From Candidatus Undinarchaeota archaeon (GTDB lineage: Archaea; SpSt-1190; JASMDC01), in contig CAZFHY010000001.1 in the NCBI GenBank assembly GCA_964519305.1, forward strand, positions 186,132 to 250,131: 64,000 nucleotides of DNA. The letters are read 5' to 3'. Below are positions 1-9,251 of the stretch, in pieces. The notes below the pieces were generated by a model, which made no database searches, was not told where the DNA came from, and saw only the letters and a list, made by a program, of their open reading frames with translations. Each line of letters opens with the position of its first letter. Position 1 is the first letter of the stretch. The position numbers were made by a program, and so were the translations under genes.

Positions 1-59
1 CAAAGGAAGAGAAGGCCGAGAAGAAGAAGGAAGATGCACCTAAGGAGGAGAAGGCCTGA
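1..59 (+). CDS. rps24e: 3' end of a Lys/Glu-rich protein, probably 30S ribosomal protein S24e (partial)
   Basis: Reads [18 protein letters not shown] and its TGA overlaps the rps27ae ATG. rps24e-rps27ae is the conserved archaeal order. Identity rests on synteny only. Confidence 0.55.
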   Translation, partial: KEEKAEKKKEDAPKEEKA

Positions 60-226
60 TGGTAAGCTCAGATGGTACCCCCAACGCCGCCTATTCCCTT
101 GACGGCGACAAGGTGAAGAGGAACAACAAGCCCTGCCCGCGATGCGGGGATGGTGTCTTCCTGGCCAAGCACGCCGACCGCTTCCACTGCGGCCGCTGCG
201 GCTACACCGAGTACGGGAAGAAGTAG
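59..226 (+). CDS. rps27ae: 30S ribosomal protein S27ae
   Basis: Hand translation (below the ORF-track cutoff): [55 protein letters not shown], with the S27ae zinc ribbon [20 protein letters not shown]. Confidence 0.96.
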   Translation: MVSSDGTPNAAYSLDGDKVKRNNKPCPRCGDGVFLAKHADRFHCGRCGYTEYGKK

Positions 227-337
227 CCCCTAATCCCCCTGAGCGGGATTGCCCGGGATATCGTTCTTCCTAGCTCCAACTATATTGATTTGATACTCTG
301 AACCCAGGTCCCATGGAACCGGATGGATTGATCCCGA

Positions 338-886
338 CTAGATAAGCTCCACGCGTTCCTTGTGCTTCTTATGCTCGTGGAGATGATCCTCGCTCTTAGG
401 GAGGTGGACTAGAACCTCCTCACGCCGGGGGGATATCTTCGTCTTACCGGGTAGGGGCACACTGGGAAGGATAATGTCGAAGTCGATCTCATCGAACTCC
501 TTCTTGTGTTCCTTTGCGAATGCGATTGCATCGGATAGGTTCCCGAACGCCCTGGTCTCTTTGTCAAGCACTACGTTGACACTGTGGATGTATCCCTCCA
601 CCTTGTGGTGGATGTCAAGATGCTCCTTCTCACCAATGGCCTTGAGACGGTTATCCCAGAACTCGACATCACCCTCAGGCTCAATTACCGCAAAACCGTT
701 GTACGCCTGTTCCTTCTTTGTCCAGGACCAGTTGATATAGAGTTCTTTGAGCGAACGATCATCATTGATTAGCTCCTGGATGACGAAGTCGCAGTCACCG
801 GTTATCTTCTCGGCCTCGTAACCTTCACCGACAGTGGCAGTGACGAGGGACTCGCCGTCCCAGGTTATCTCCTCGGAGCTTGACAT
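338..886 (-). CDS. hypothetical protein
   Basis: Open frame with protein-like composition. ATG at 886 chosen because the longer 961 start overlaps kae1. No recognised motif. Confidence 0.65.
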   Translation of the reverse strand: MSSSEEITWDGESLVTATVGEGYEAEKITGDCDFVIQELINDDRSLKELYINWSWTKKEQAYNGFAVIEPEGDVEFWDNRLKAIGEKEHLDIHHKVEGYIHSVNVVLDKETRAFGNLSDAIAFAKEHKKEFDEIDFDIILPSVPLPGKTKISPRREEVLVHLPKSEDHLHEHKKHKERVELI

Positions 887-939
887 ACCGGCGGCAGACG
901 GGAACAATCTTTTAATGTCTTCCCATTCGACCCGAGTGC

Positions 940-1926
940 GTGATCCTCGGTATCGAGTCAACGGCCCATACGTTCGGTTGCGGTGTTTGCCATGAGCGCA
1001 AGCTCCTCTCCAATATCATGGATACGTTCAAACCACCGGTCGGGGGTATCCGTCCCAGCGATGCCGCGGAGCACCATGCACAGGTCGCTGCAAAAGTCGT
1101 AAGCGAAGCTTTGGAGACCGCGGGGACGAGCGTCAGTGAACTCGATGCCATTGCTTACGCTCGTGGACCCGGGCTGGGTCCGTGTCTTGCAGCCGGACTT
1201 GTGACGGCGCGGACATTATCTACCCTTCACGATATCCCCTTGGTCCCGGTGAACCATTGCATCGCCCACATCGAAGTGGGTCGGTTGGCATGCGGGATCG
1301 AAGATCCGGTCACCCTGTACGTGAGCGGTGGAAACACCCAGGTCATCGCCTACGAGGAGCAGCGCTACCGCGTGTTCGGCGAGACCTTGGACATCCCTAT
1401 CGGCAACCTATTCGACCAATTCTGTCGGCATGGCGGATTCCCCCACCCCGGCGGCCCGGTCGTGGAGCGAATGGCCCGAGAAGCGGCCGAAGAGGGCGCG
1501 GACCTCATCGAGCTCCCGTACGTTGTCAAGGGGATGGACCTATCCTATTCAGGTATCCTCTCGGACATCAAGCGGCGACTCGCTGACGGTGCGGATATGA
1601 AGGCGCTGTGCATGGCCGTCCAGGAGGTCTCCTTCGCTATGCTCACCGAGGTCACCGAGCGGGCGATGGCTCACACAAGAAAGCAGGACGCAATGCTCGT
1701 GGGCGGTGTAGCGGCCAACAAGCGCCTCTTCGAGATGGTGTCCACCATGGCCCAAGAGAGGGGCGGTGACGCCTACGTGGTGCCTTGGGAATATGCCGGT
1801 GACAACGGTACAATGATCGCTCTCGTTGGTGAACTGATGTACGAGACGGGTATCAAGGAAGGTATCGAAAAGTCCTTCACGACCCAGCGTTTCCGGACCG
1901 ATGAAGTAGAGGTCACCTGGCTATAG
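940..1926 (+). CDS. kae1: KEOPS complex t6A synthase Kae1 (TsaD family)
   Basis: ILGIESTAHT, GPGLGPCL, VNHCIAHIE, LYVSGGNTQ, GETLDI, GGVAAN and DNGTMIA motifs. Confidence 0.97.
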   Translation: MILGIESTAHTFGCGVCHERKLLSNIMDTFKPPVGGIRPSDAAEHHAQVAAKVVSEALETAGTSVSELDAIAYARGPGLGPCLAAGLVTARTLSTLHDIPLVPVNHCIAHIEVGRLACGIEDPVTLYVSGGNTQVIAYEEQRYRVFGETLDIPIGNLFDQFCRHGGFPHPGGPVVERMAREAAEEGADLIELPYVVKGMDLSYSGILSDIKRRLADGADMKALCMAVQEVSFAMLTEVTERAMAHTRKQDAMLVGGVAANKRLFEMVSTMAQERGGDAYVVPWEYAGDNGTMIALVGELMYETGIKEGIEKSFTTQRFRTDEVEVTWL

Positions 1927-1957
1927 GAACACTCACAGAAGCGATAGGCCCTGTTCG

Positions 1958-2269
1958 TTAGAGCTTGTTCAGGTTCCGCACTAGCGTGTCTAGCCGGTTG
2001 GCAAGGTCGAAGCCCCGTGTAGTGAGGACCACGAGCTTTAAACGACCCTTGCGCTCGAAATTCACGAGACCTAGCTTGTTCATCTCGTTCAGTAGCTTGA
2101 CCGTGTGCGAGTAAGTGCAGTCCACGTCCTTGGATATCTGGGATGCATAGGAATCGCGAACGCCCTTGTTGAGGCTGCGCTTCTTGAGGAGAATAAGGAC
2201 CTTGGCGGGCATCTCCTGAAGGAATAGATCACGCATCTTATCATGAGCTCCCGCCCCGCTTTTCACCAT
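1958..2269 (-). CDS. winged-helix (MarR-like) DNA-binding protein
   Basis: YASQISKDVDCTYSHTVKLL...GLVNFERKGRLKLVVLTTRG wHTH pattern. Divergent from thrS. Confidence 0.8.
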   Translation of the reverse strand: MVKSGAGAHDKMRDLFLQEMPAKVLILLKKRSLNKGVRDSYASQISKDVDCTYSHTVKLLNEMNKLGLVNFERKGRLKLVVLTTRGFDLANRLDTLVRNLNKL

Positions 2270-2346
2270 CGTTTTGGACCCTCGTTAGCGGCGCGACCGC
2301 TTCAACCTTTTAAGTGTTTGGTTGCCTCTCTCGAAAAGGTGATATT

Positions 2347-4227
2347 TTGCGTATCGCACTAATCCATTCAGACTTTCTTGAGTTCGAAGCTAAGAAGAAA
2401 ACCAAGGTCGCCGAGGACATTCCTGATGATATGAAGCAGGGACGGGTCGAAGAAGCCCTCGTGTGTTTCCTGGCCGTTGAGAAGGCCGACGAAGCGGACG
2501 TGGACGCAATTGCCCTGAAAGTATCCAACGAGATCGTGTCCGTGGCCGAGCAGGTGAAACCCGAACGCATCGTCCTCTATCCCTACGTCCACTTCCTCTT
2601 TGGGGCCGATCCCGCAAGCCCCAACAAGTCCATCAAGATCCTCAAACGGATGGAGACGTTCCTCAAAGCGGGTGAATGGGAGGTCCACCGCAGTCCCTTC
2701 GGCTGGTACAAGGGTTTCACTATCAAGTGCAAGGGGCACCCTCTCTCAGAGCTCACCCGTATCATCTACGCTGGCGAGGCCGGTGGGGCCCAGGAAGAGG
2801 AAGAGGTAGTCTCCCAAGCACTGAAGGAGGAGGAGGAGGTCAAGCACACGCTCAACGTCCTCACCCCCGACGGTTCCCTTCATCCCTCCGATACATTCAA
2901 TTACATGAAATTCCCCGACCTGAAGCGGTTCTACAACTATGAGGTATCGGGCGTGCGCTCGGTGGACCGGATCCCACCCCACGTCACCCTCATGCAGCGG
3001 CTCGAGATCGCTGACTATGAACCGGGGTCCGACCAGGGCAACATGCGCTGGTACCCCAAGGGCGAGCTCATCAAGAACCTGCTCGAGGATCATATCACAG
3101 GTGTGACGGTGAACTACGGCGGTATGCCCGTCGAGACGCCCCTCATGTACGACTATCACCACCCAGCACTGGAGAAGTACCTGAACCGGTTCCCGGCACG
3201 TCAGTACACGCTGATGTCCGGTACCAAGAAGTACTTCATGCGCTTCGCTGCTTGCTTCGGCCAGTTCCTCATGAAGCGTAATATGAACATCACCTACCGT
3301 AACCTCCCGCTGCGGATGTACGAGCTCACGCGCTACTCCTTCCGACGCGAGCAGGCAGGCGAGCTCGTCGGGCTGCGGCGTCTTAGGGCCTTCACCATGC
3401 CAGATATGCACACCGTGTGCAAGGACATGGACCAGTCCAAGTCGGAGTTCTTCAACCAGTACAAGCTCTCCTGCGACATAATGGACGACCTGGGGCTCAA
3501 CTATCAGGTCGTGTTCCGCGTCGTGAAGGACTTCTACGAGGACAACAAGGAGTGGGTCCAGGAGATGATCCGTATCATCGACCGACCGGCCCTCATCGAG
3601 ATCTGGGACAAGCGCTACGCATACTTCGTCGTGAAGTTCGAGTTCAACTTCGTAGATGCCCTAGACAAGTGTTCCGCCCTCTCTACCGTGCAGATCGATG
3701 TCGAGAACTCCGAGCGGTTCGGTATCAGCTACATCGACGAGAAGGACTCCAAGCATACGCCGTTCCTCCTACATTGCTCCATCTCCGGAGCAGTGGAGCG
3801 GGACATCTATGCCATGCTGGAGACCGCTCACATGAGCGCCGAGAAGGGGGGGGTCGCCCAGCTACCAGTGTGGTTGGCACCCACCCAGGTGCGTGTCATC
3901 CCGGTGGCGGAGCGGCATAAGGAAGGTGCCGAAGCCCTGTCTGTCAGCATCCGGAGCAATGACATCCGGGTCGACATCGACGATACCGACGAGACTGTGG
4001 GCAAGCGTATCCGCAACGCCGCGAAGGAGTGGGTCCCCTACATCATCGTGTTCGGTGACAAGGAGGCCGAAGGTGGCGAGCTCGCGGTCCGTGTGCGCTC
4101 TACGAAGGAGCAGGAAGGACTTACCAAGGACAGTCTGGTCTCTCGGATCAAGGAGGAGACGGCTGGCAAGCCCTTCAGGCACCTGTACCTTCCCATGAGG
4201 CTCTCGGTCCGGCCCACCTTCCGGTAG
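2347..4227 (+). CDS. thrS: threonine--tRNA ligase (archaeal type with N-terminal editing domain)
   Basis: (M)RIALIHSD start at TTG after a GGTGA RBS. SPFGWYK...CKGHPLSEL, RFAACFGQF, SFRREQ.GE..GL.RLRAFTMPDMH motifs. Confidence 0.97.
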   Translation: MRIALIHSDFLEFEAKKKTKVAEDIPDDMKQGRVEEALVCFLAVEKADEADVDAIALKVSNEIVSVAEQVKPERIVLYPYVHFLFGADPASPNKSIKILKRMETFLKAGEWEVHRSPFGWYKGFTIKCKGHPLSELTRIIYAGEAGGAQEEEEVVSQALKEEEEVKHTLNVLTPDGSLHPSDTFNYMKFPDLKRFYNYEVSGVRSVDRIPPHVTLMQRLEIADYEPGSDQGNMRWYPKGELIKNLLEDHITGVTVNYGGMPVETPLMYDYHHPALEKYLNRFPARQYTLMSGTKKYFMRFAACFGQFLMKRNMNITYRNLPLRMYELTRYSFRREQAGELVGLRRLRAFTMPDMHTVCKDMDQSKSEFFNQYKLSCDIMDDLGLNYQVVFRVVKDFYEDNKEWVQEMIRIIDRPALIEIWDKRYAYFVVKFEFNFVDALDKCSALSTVQIDVENSERFGISYIDEKDSKHTPFLLHCSISGAVERDIYAMLETAHMSAEKGGVAQLPVWLAPTQVRVIPVAERHKEGAEALSVSIRSNDIRVDIDDTDETVGKRIRNAAKEWVPYIIVFGDKEAEGGELAVRVRSTKEQEGLTKDSLVSRIKEETAGKPFRHLYLPMRLSVRPTFR

Positions 4228-4238
4228 AATCGGGTCCC

Positions 4239-5423
4239 ATGGGACGATTGACCGTTGGTCTTCGGTACACCAAGCCCAGTCGTTACACTCTCCCCGCGCT
4301 CGCCGGAGCACTGGAATGTGTGGACGGGATCGATATCGTCACGGTCGACGGTCCATGTCCGGCTGATATCGACCTCCTGGCCTACTCGTTCACCACTCTC
4401 CGGGCGAAAGAGGTCTATCGTGAGCTCGCCACGCTACCCCGGGGCGTGCGCACCATTGCAGGCGGCCCCCACCCTTCAGCCCGGCCTGCAGAGGCCTTAA
4501 AGAACGGTTTCGACTGGGTGTGTGTGGGCGAGGGCGAGGATGCGCTCGGGCAACTATCCCGGACGCTCAGGGACGGAGTCGCACCCACGGACATCCCCGG
4601 CATCTATGGACGCGGGCACGATGGACCGTTCGAATCAGCCCCACCTGTGGACCTGGATGCCCACCCATCGATGAGCGAGCGCCTTCGTCTCTTCGCTCCC
4701 CTGGAGATTTCGCGCGGATGTCCCTTTGGGTGCGGCTATTGCCAGGTAACCTACCTGCTCGGTCGATGCGTACGCCACCGTTCTCTCGATTCGGTCGACT
4801 GGACGGCACGCTTATACGCACGCAACGGAAAGCAACGTATATGGTTCCTTGCCCCCAACTCGTTCGCCTATGGCTCGGACGGAAGGACACCTCGACCTGA
4901 AAAGCTTGCCAAGCTCCTGGATACCGTACGTTCTCATGGCGTCGAGCCCTACCTAGGTACATTCCCCTCGGAGGTAAGACCGGACTTCGTTACACCAGAG
5001 GTCATGGCAGTTGTCACCGACCGGGTGGCCAACCATAGGCTCTCAGTGGGGGCACAGTGCGGTTCGGACCGGCTGCTACGGGAGATGGGGCGGGGACACA
5101 CGGCTGACGATGTGCGCTTAGCCCTTGACGTGGCAGGGGACCATGGGTTCACGTGCGACGTGGACATCCTCTTCGGTCTGCCCGGCGAGACGGCGGAGGA
5201 CGTCGAGCTCACTCTCGACCTCATGGATGATGTGTTCAGACGGAACGGTCGCGCCCACGTCCATGTGTTCATACCCCTGCCCGGAACTCCTTACGAGAGC
5301 GAACCGGCCGGAAAGCTCTCTGACGCGACACGTAGCCGGCTCGGACTCCTAGCTAATGAGGGGAGGGTGACCGGGGCGTGGGGATGGCAAGAAGGAGTCA
5401 TACCGGCCAACGATACGGAGTAA
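4239..5423 (+). CDS. B12-binding-domain radical SAM protein (TIGR04013-like)
   Basis: GGPHPS...GEGE cobalamin-binding-like domain, EISRGCPFGCGYC (CxxxCxxC) and GTFPSEVRP. Confidence 0.88.
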   Translation: MGRLTVGLRYTKPSRYTLPALAGALECVDGIDIVTVDGPCPADIDLLAYSFTTLRAKEVYRELATLPRGVRTIAGGPHPSARPAEALKNGFDWVCVGEGEDALGQLSRTLRDGVAPTDIPGIYGRGHDGPFESAPPVDLDAHPSMSERLRLFAPLEISRGCPFGCGYCQVTYLLGRCVRHRSLDSVDWTARLYARNGKQRIWFLAPNSFAYGSDGRTPRPEKLAKLLDTVRSHGVEPYLGTFPSEVRPDFVTPEVMAVVTDRVANHRLSVGAQCGSDRLLREMGRGHTADDVRLALDVAGDHGFTCDVDILFGLPGETAEDVELTLDLMDDVFRRNGRAHVHVFIPLPGTPYESEPAGKLSDATRSRLGLLANEGRVTGAWGWQEGVIPANDTE

Positions 5424-5457
5424 AAGACGATCCTCCAGTTCAGTCCATTCTATCGGC

Positions 5458-6192
5458 TCATACGACTTGATGGGTGATCTTGAACCCACTAGGTAGATTC
5501 ATGCTGATGATGAGCTGCTGCTCCTTGACCATCGAATAGGACATCGACTGCGATGCGCCAGCACTGTCCTCGAAATCCCCGTTGAATCCGGTGATGAATG
5601 TCTCCCTGGACTCGATGACCTTCTTCTCACCACAGGTACCATCGGCGCTCATGTCCGAAAAGAGGCAGCACGTCATCTCCTCACCGAACGTCCCGCTGAG
5701 GTACTTGCTCATCAGCGGCCGCTCTCCAGCCTCAGGTGCTCCCGGAAGCTCGTACGTCACCATTGCCGATCCTAGATCGGATAGTCGGACGACCGTGTTC
5801 CCAGTGTTCCGTACAAGGAAACAGAGGTTCCCTATGGTCTTGCATCCGAGGATATCCTCCTCGCACTCGTATGCCGAGATTATCTGGAGCGATCCCTGCT
5901 GGAACGAATCCATGATCTGCTGCTCGGCCTCGGAGGTTATCTCTTCCTGGACGCTCGAGATCCATATGTTGGCGATGATTGGTAGGACAAGGACTAAGAA
6001 TAATACCGATACGACAGTGAACGCGATCACCTTGAGGATGACATCGGTCCAGGAGCCCGACGATCCAGCCGGTTCTTTCGGCTGTCCGTCGCCCGGATAC
6101 GCAGGGCCTGTCTGAGACACTTGGGCTCCGCAGGTCGAGCAATTGAACACATCAGGTGAGACCTCAGCGTTGCAGTTCGGACATTTCGGCAT
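5458..6192 (-). CDS. zinc-ribbon membrane protein with extracellular domain
   Basis: N-terminal CPNC..CSTCG, one hydrophobic helix (VILKVIAFTVVSVLFLVLVLPII), then a pilin-like globular part (LQIISA...LVRNTGN). Confidence 0.75.
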   Translation of the reverse strand: MPKCPNCNAEVSPDVFNCSTCGAQVSQTGPAYPGDGQPKEPAGSSGSWTDVILKVIAFTVVSVLFLVLVLPIIANIWISSVQEEITSEAEQQIMDSFQQGSLQIISAYECEEDILGCKTIGNLCFLVRNTGNTVVRLSDLGSAMVTYELPGAPEAGERPLMSKYLSGTFGEEMTCCLFSDMSADGTCGEKKVIESRETFITGFNGDFEDSAGASQSMSYSMVKEQQLIISMNLPSGFKITHQVV

Positions 6193-6282
6193 GATGGACT
6201 ACCTTCCCTAGTAGGATTGTTGAGCGCTCGAATGATTAATATCTACTTGAATACAGGGAAACTGGCCGCCCTAACCGCAACC

Positions 6283-6290
6283 TATAAAAA
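6283..6290 (+). promoter_or_regulatory. TATA box of the 5S rRNA gene
   Basis: TATAAAAA ending 22 nt upstream of the predicted 5S 5' end. Confidence 0.6.
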
Positions 6291-6312
6291 GTCACTCCCC
6301 AAAAAGGCTGAC

Positions 6313-6427
6313 GTTGGCGGCCATAGCGGAGGGGTAACACCCGGTCCCATCTCGAACCCGGAAGTAAAGTCCTCCCGCGTTCCGTGTGGTACTGCCGTAA
6401 TGGTGGGAAGCCCGGACCGCCGCCAAC
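6313..6427 (+). rRNA. rrf: 5S ribosomal RNA (stand-alone)
   Basis: GGCGGCCATAGCGG.GGG..ACACCCGGTCCCATCTCGAACCCGGAAGT.AAG archaeal 5S consensus. Terminal helix GTTGGCGGC/GCCGCCAAC. Confidence 0.95.
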
Positions 6428-6429
6428 AC

Positions 6430-6435
6430 TTTTTT
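6430..6435 (+). terminator. oligo-T terminator after 5S rRNA
   Basis: TTTTTT 3 nt after the 5S 3' end. Confidence 0.55.
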
Positions 6436-6484
6436 CCACTCCCATCCGAGCCATTTATTACTATTTCCCAGCTGATATGTTCTA

Positions 6485-7168
6485 ATGCTCCACGTCGTCA
6501 TCGCCGAGACCGAGCTCGAACTGGTCCCGGAGCAGTTGCACAAGGACACCGTTATCACTGCATCTGCGGAGCGTGCGGGGATCGAGCCACGCCGCTTGCT
6601 CCTTGAATCGACGCATCACCACCGCGCAACGTGGAAGCTCGACGATGGTCGACGGCGGGGGCGACCCGACATCCTCCACTTCTGCCTCGTCACCGCCCTC
6701 CACTCGGTGGCCAACTCCAAGGACCATCTCAGGCTTCATGTGCATACACGTCACGACAAAGTGATCGCTATCAACCGCTATACACGCATCCCAAAGGACT
6801 TCAATAGGTTCGCAGGGTTAATGCGTCAGCTCCTGATCGAGGGCGCCGTTCCTCCACAACAGCCCCTGTTGGAACTGGCGGATATGACCCTTGATGAACT
6901 ATTGGAACGGGAGAAACCCTCCAAGGTATTCATCCTGTCCAAGAAAGGCAAGCGGATGTCGCCCCGGGTTCTGGGACGTAAGCTGGCCAAGGAAAAGCGA
7001 CCAATAGTGGTCATCGGTGGTTTCCCTCATGGGGAGTTCGATCGCAAGCACCGGGACGAGGAGAGTGTCATCAGTATCTACGACTCCGGCCTCCCGGCAT
7101 GGACGGTGCTCTCCACAGTCATCCATGCTTACGAGGATGCAAAAGGCCTGTTCTCGGGGAAGGGATGA
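6485..7168 (+). CDS. nep1: 16S rRNA N1-pseudouridine methyltransferase Nep1 (SPOUT)
   Basis: ELELVP, RGRPDILH, R.P..FNRF.GLM.QLL and IGGFPHGEF motifs. Confidence 0.94.
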   Translation: MLHVVIAETELELVPEQLHKDTVITASAERAGIEPRRLLLESTHHHRATWKLDDGRRRGRPDILHFCLVTALHSVANSKDHLRLHVHTRHDKVIAINRYTRIPKDFNRFAGLMRQLLIEGAVPPQQPLLELADMTLDELLEREKPSKVFILSKKGKRMSPRVLGRKLAKEKRPIVVIGGFPHGEFDRKHRDEESVISIYDSGLPAWTVLSTVIHAYEDAKGLFSGKG

Positions 7169-7722
7169 TGGGACGGGGTGGAAAGAAGCCCCAATGGATG
7201 CGCCGGCTGGCAGCTGAGCGCATAGATATCCTGCTCGACCGTGCTAAGAGAACGGTACGAGGTGCTCCCGATCTCGCTCGCCGGTACGTGTGGTTGGCCC
7301 GTCGGATCGGCATGCGCTATCTCCTCCCCCTCGGAGCCCGGCGCAGACGCTCTATCTGCACCCACTGTCACCTCCCGATGGTGCATGGCCAGACCGCCCG
7401 TGTCCGGATTAAACGGGGAAAGGTCGTGCGGACGTGCTTGAGTTGTGGTACAATAATCCGACTACCGCTCGCCCGGGAACGGGCGGAACGACATAACAAT
7501 CTGCTCGATACCCCGATGGTCGAGGTCGGTCCCGAGGGTCTTACAGAAGACGTTATTCGGGAACTGGAACGGCACACGGGGACCGCAACATTAATAAACG
7601 TGAAGCTCAAAACCACGCCGCCCGCGGAAAGGCACGACTGGGCTTTCGTCCGCGCCCTAAGGGAGCGGTTGGGAGTGTCGGTCGTCGACATGCGTGGGCG
7701 AAGACTCATAATCAAGGGTTGA
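7165..7722 (+). CDS. rnp4: RNase P protein Rpp21 fused to a YhbY/CRM RNA-binding domain
   Basis: A.ERI..L...ARRYV.LARRI with CxxC...CxxCG (Rpp21), followed in frame by [18 protein letters not shown]...LINVK...[11 protein letters not shown] (CRM-like). Confidence 0.88.
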   Translation: MMGRGGKKPQWMRRLAAERIDILLDRAKRTVRGAPDLARRYVWLARRIGMRYLLPLGARRRRSICTHCHLPMVHGQTARVRIKRGKVVRTCLSCGTIIRLPLARERAERHNNLLDTPMVEVGPEGLTEDVIRELERHTGTATLINVKLKTTPPAERHDWAFVRALRERLGVSVVDMRGRRLIIKG

Positions 7723-8150
7723 TGTCAATGGTAACTGTGTATGACGTCCCAGCGGCCGGGCTCTCGCTCAAGGTCTCCCAGGAACTGAAGAAGGACAAGA
7801 ACATCGTGGCGCCCCCGTGGTCCGCATTCGTGAAAACGGGCTCTCACAAGACCCGACGACCGGAGCAGGATGACTGGTGGCAGATCAGAGCCGCGTCCAT
7901 CCTCCGCCGGATCTATATCGATGGTCCGGTCGGTATCGAGCGCCTGCGCACGTTCTACGGCGGTAGGAAGAACCGTGGCATGAAGCCCGAAAGGTTCCAG
8001 AAGGCTGGCGGTAAGATCCTCCGGACCATCCTTCAGCAGCTCGAGGGCTCAGGCTATGTGACCATCAAGAAGGGAGCAGGACGAATCGTCAGTCCTAAGG
8101 GACAGAAGTTCCTGGACGCCCTTGCCCTAAAAGTAAGCAAGGGAGGGTAG
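7722..8150 (+). CDS. rps19e: 30S ribosomal protein S19e
   Basis: TVYDVPA, PPW..FVKTG, DWW..RAASILR.IY..GPVGI..LR..YGG. Confidence 0.97.
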   Translation: MSMVTVYDVPAAGLSLKVSQELKKDKNIVAPPWSAFVKTGSHKTRRPEQDDWWQIRAASILRRIYIDGPVGIERLRTFYGGRKNRGMKPERFQKAGGKILRTILQQLEGSGYVTIKKGAGRIVSPKGQKFLDALALKVSKGG

Positions 8151-8153
8151 GCG

Positions 8154-8501
8154 ATCGATCTCGAGGAGATACGCCGGCGAAAACTGCAGGAGTATCTTCG
8201 TCAAAAACAGGAGCTGGATGCCAATGCCCAACTGCAACAGCAAATGGAGGAGGAGGCCCAGCGACAGCAATTCGATGAGCTCAAACGTTCTCTCTTTCTC
8301 AAGATGCTCTCCGAAGAAGCACGCGAACGCCTTGGCCGGATCCGAATTGCTCGTCCAGAATTCGCACAACAGGTCGAGATCGTGCTCATCCAACTCATCC
8401 AGAGCGGCCAGATCACAGGGAAGGTCGACGAGAATGCCCTTCTTACCATCATCAAGAAGATCAGAGGCGCAAACAAGAAGGAGTACAGGATCATAAAATG
8501 A
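8154..8501 (+). CDS. PDCD5-family DNA-binding protein
   Basis: DLEEIRRRKLQE...LSEEARERLGRIRIARPEFAQQVE..LIQL.QSG. The conserved N-terminus begins at ATC 8154; the first ATG is at 8244. Confidence 0.9.
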   Translation: MDLEEIRRRKLQEYLRQKQELDANAQLQQQMEEEAQRQQFDELKRSLFLKMLSEEARERLGRIRIARPEFAQQVEIVLIQLIQSGQITGKVDENALLTIIKKIRGANKKEYRIIK

Positions 8502-9097
8502 GCGGTGACGAGGCGATTGTGCTATTCAGTGGAGGAAAGGACTCCTCATTGACGGCCCACCTTCTACAGACCGCCGGATTCAACGTCACCTGTACGACGG
8601 TATCCTTCGGCATCAATGATGCCTGGCGTGAGGCAGAGCACGCAGCGACAATCCTGGGATTCGCCCACAATCACATCGAGCTCGATCGGAAGCTCCTCGA
8701 CCAGGCATGCGAACGTATCGTGGCCGACGGACGGCCGCGGGAGGGGCTGAGACAGCTCCACCTCTCGGTCGTGGAGGCGCTCGCCCCGGAAACTGCCATA
8801 ATCGCCGACGGCACGCGCCGCGACGATATCACGCCAAAGCTCACCCCCGGAGAGATGCGCAGTCTCGAGGACCGGCACGGTACCGAGTACTGGGCGCCAC
8901 TAATCGGGATGGGTCACCGCACTGTACGACGACTGGCCGACCGGCTATTCCAATACGAGGAAGGTACGTCCCTTCTCAATGGCGACTACGAGCGCGAGGT
9001 CCGCGCCCGGCTCGAGGAGCTTGGCCACGATTCATCGACGCTCTTCCCAGTTCATGTTCAATCCAAGATCATCGGATGGAGGTCTAAAAATGGCTGA
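8498..9097 (+). CDS. PP-loop (adenine nucleotide alpha hydrolase) protein, COG2117-like
   Basis: LFSGGKDSSL, ADGTRRDD..P and DYE.E.R motifs. Usual position between PDCD5 and rpl39e. Confidence 0.88.
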   Translation: MSGDEAIVLFSGGKDSSLTAHLLQTAGFNVTCTTVSFGINDAWREAEHAATILGFAHNHIELDRKLLDQACERIVADGRPREGLRQLHLSVVEALAPETAIIADGTRRDDITPKLTPGEMRSLEDRHGTEYWAPLIGMGHRTVRRLADRLFQYEEGTSLLNGDYEREVRARLEELGHDSSTLFPVHVQSKIIGWRSKNG

Positions 9098-9239
9098 ACC
9101 ACATGCTAGAAAGCTCAGATATGCACGATACGCTCGAAGGAACAAGCGCGTCCCCTTGTGGGTCGTGGTGAAGACCCGACGCAGGGTGCGTGACCACCCG
9201 AAGCGGCACCACTGGCGCATCAGTAACGCCAAGATTTAG
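9090..9239 (+). CDS. rpl39e: 50S ribosomal protein L39e
   Basis: MAEPHARKLRYARYARRNKRVPLWVVVKTRRRVRDHPKRHHWR. Confidence 0.94.
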   Translation: MAEPHARKLRYARYARRNKRVPLWVVVKTRRRVRDHPKRHHWRISNAKI

Positions 9240-9251
9240 GAGGGGAATTAA

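Noticed and set aside
6217-6606. 129-aa ORF and opposite-strand ORFs over 6236-6558
   Set aside because: They overlap the 5S rRNA gene and the nep1 start, so they are spurious translations of an RNA gene.
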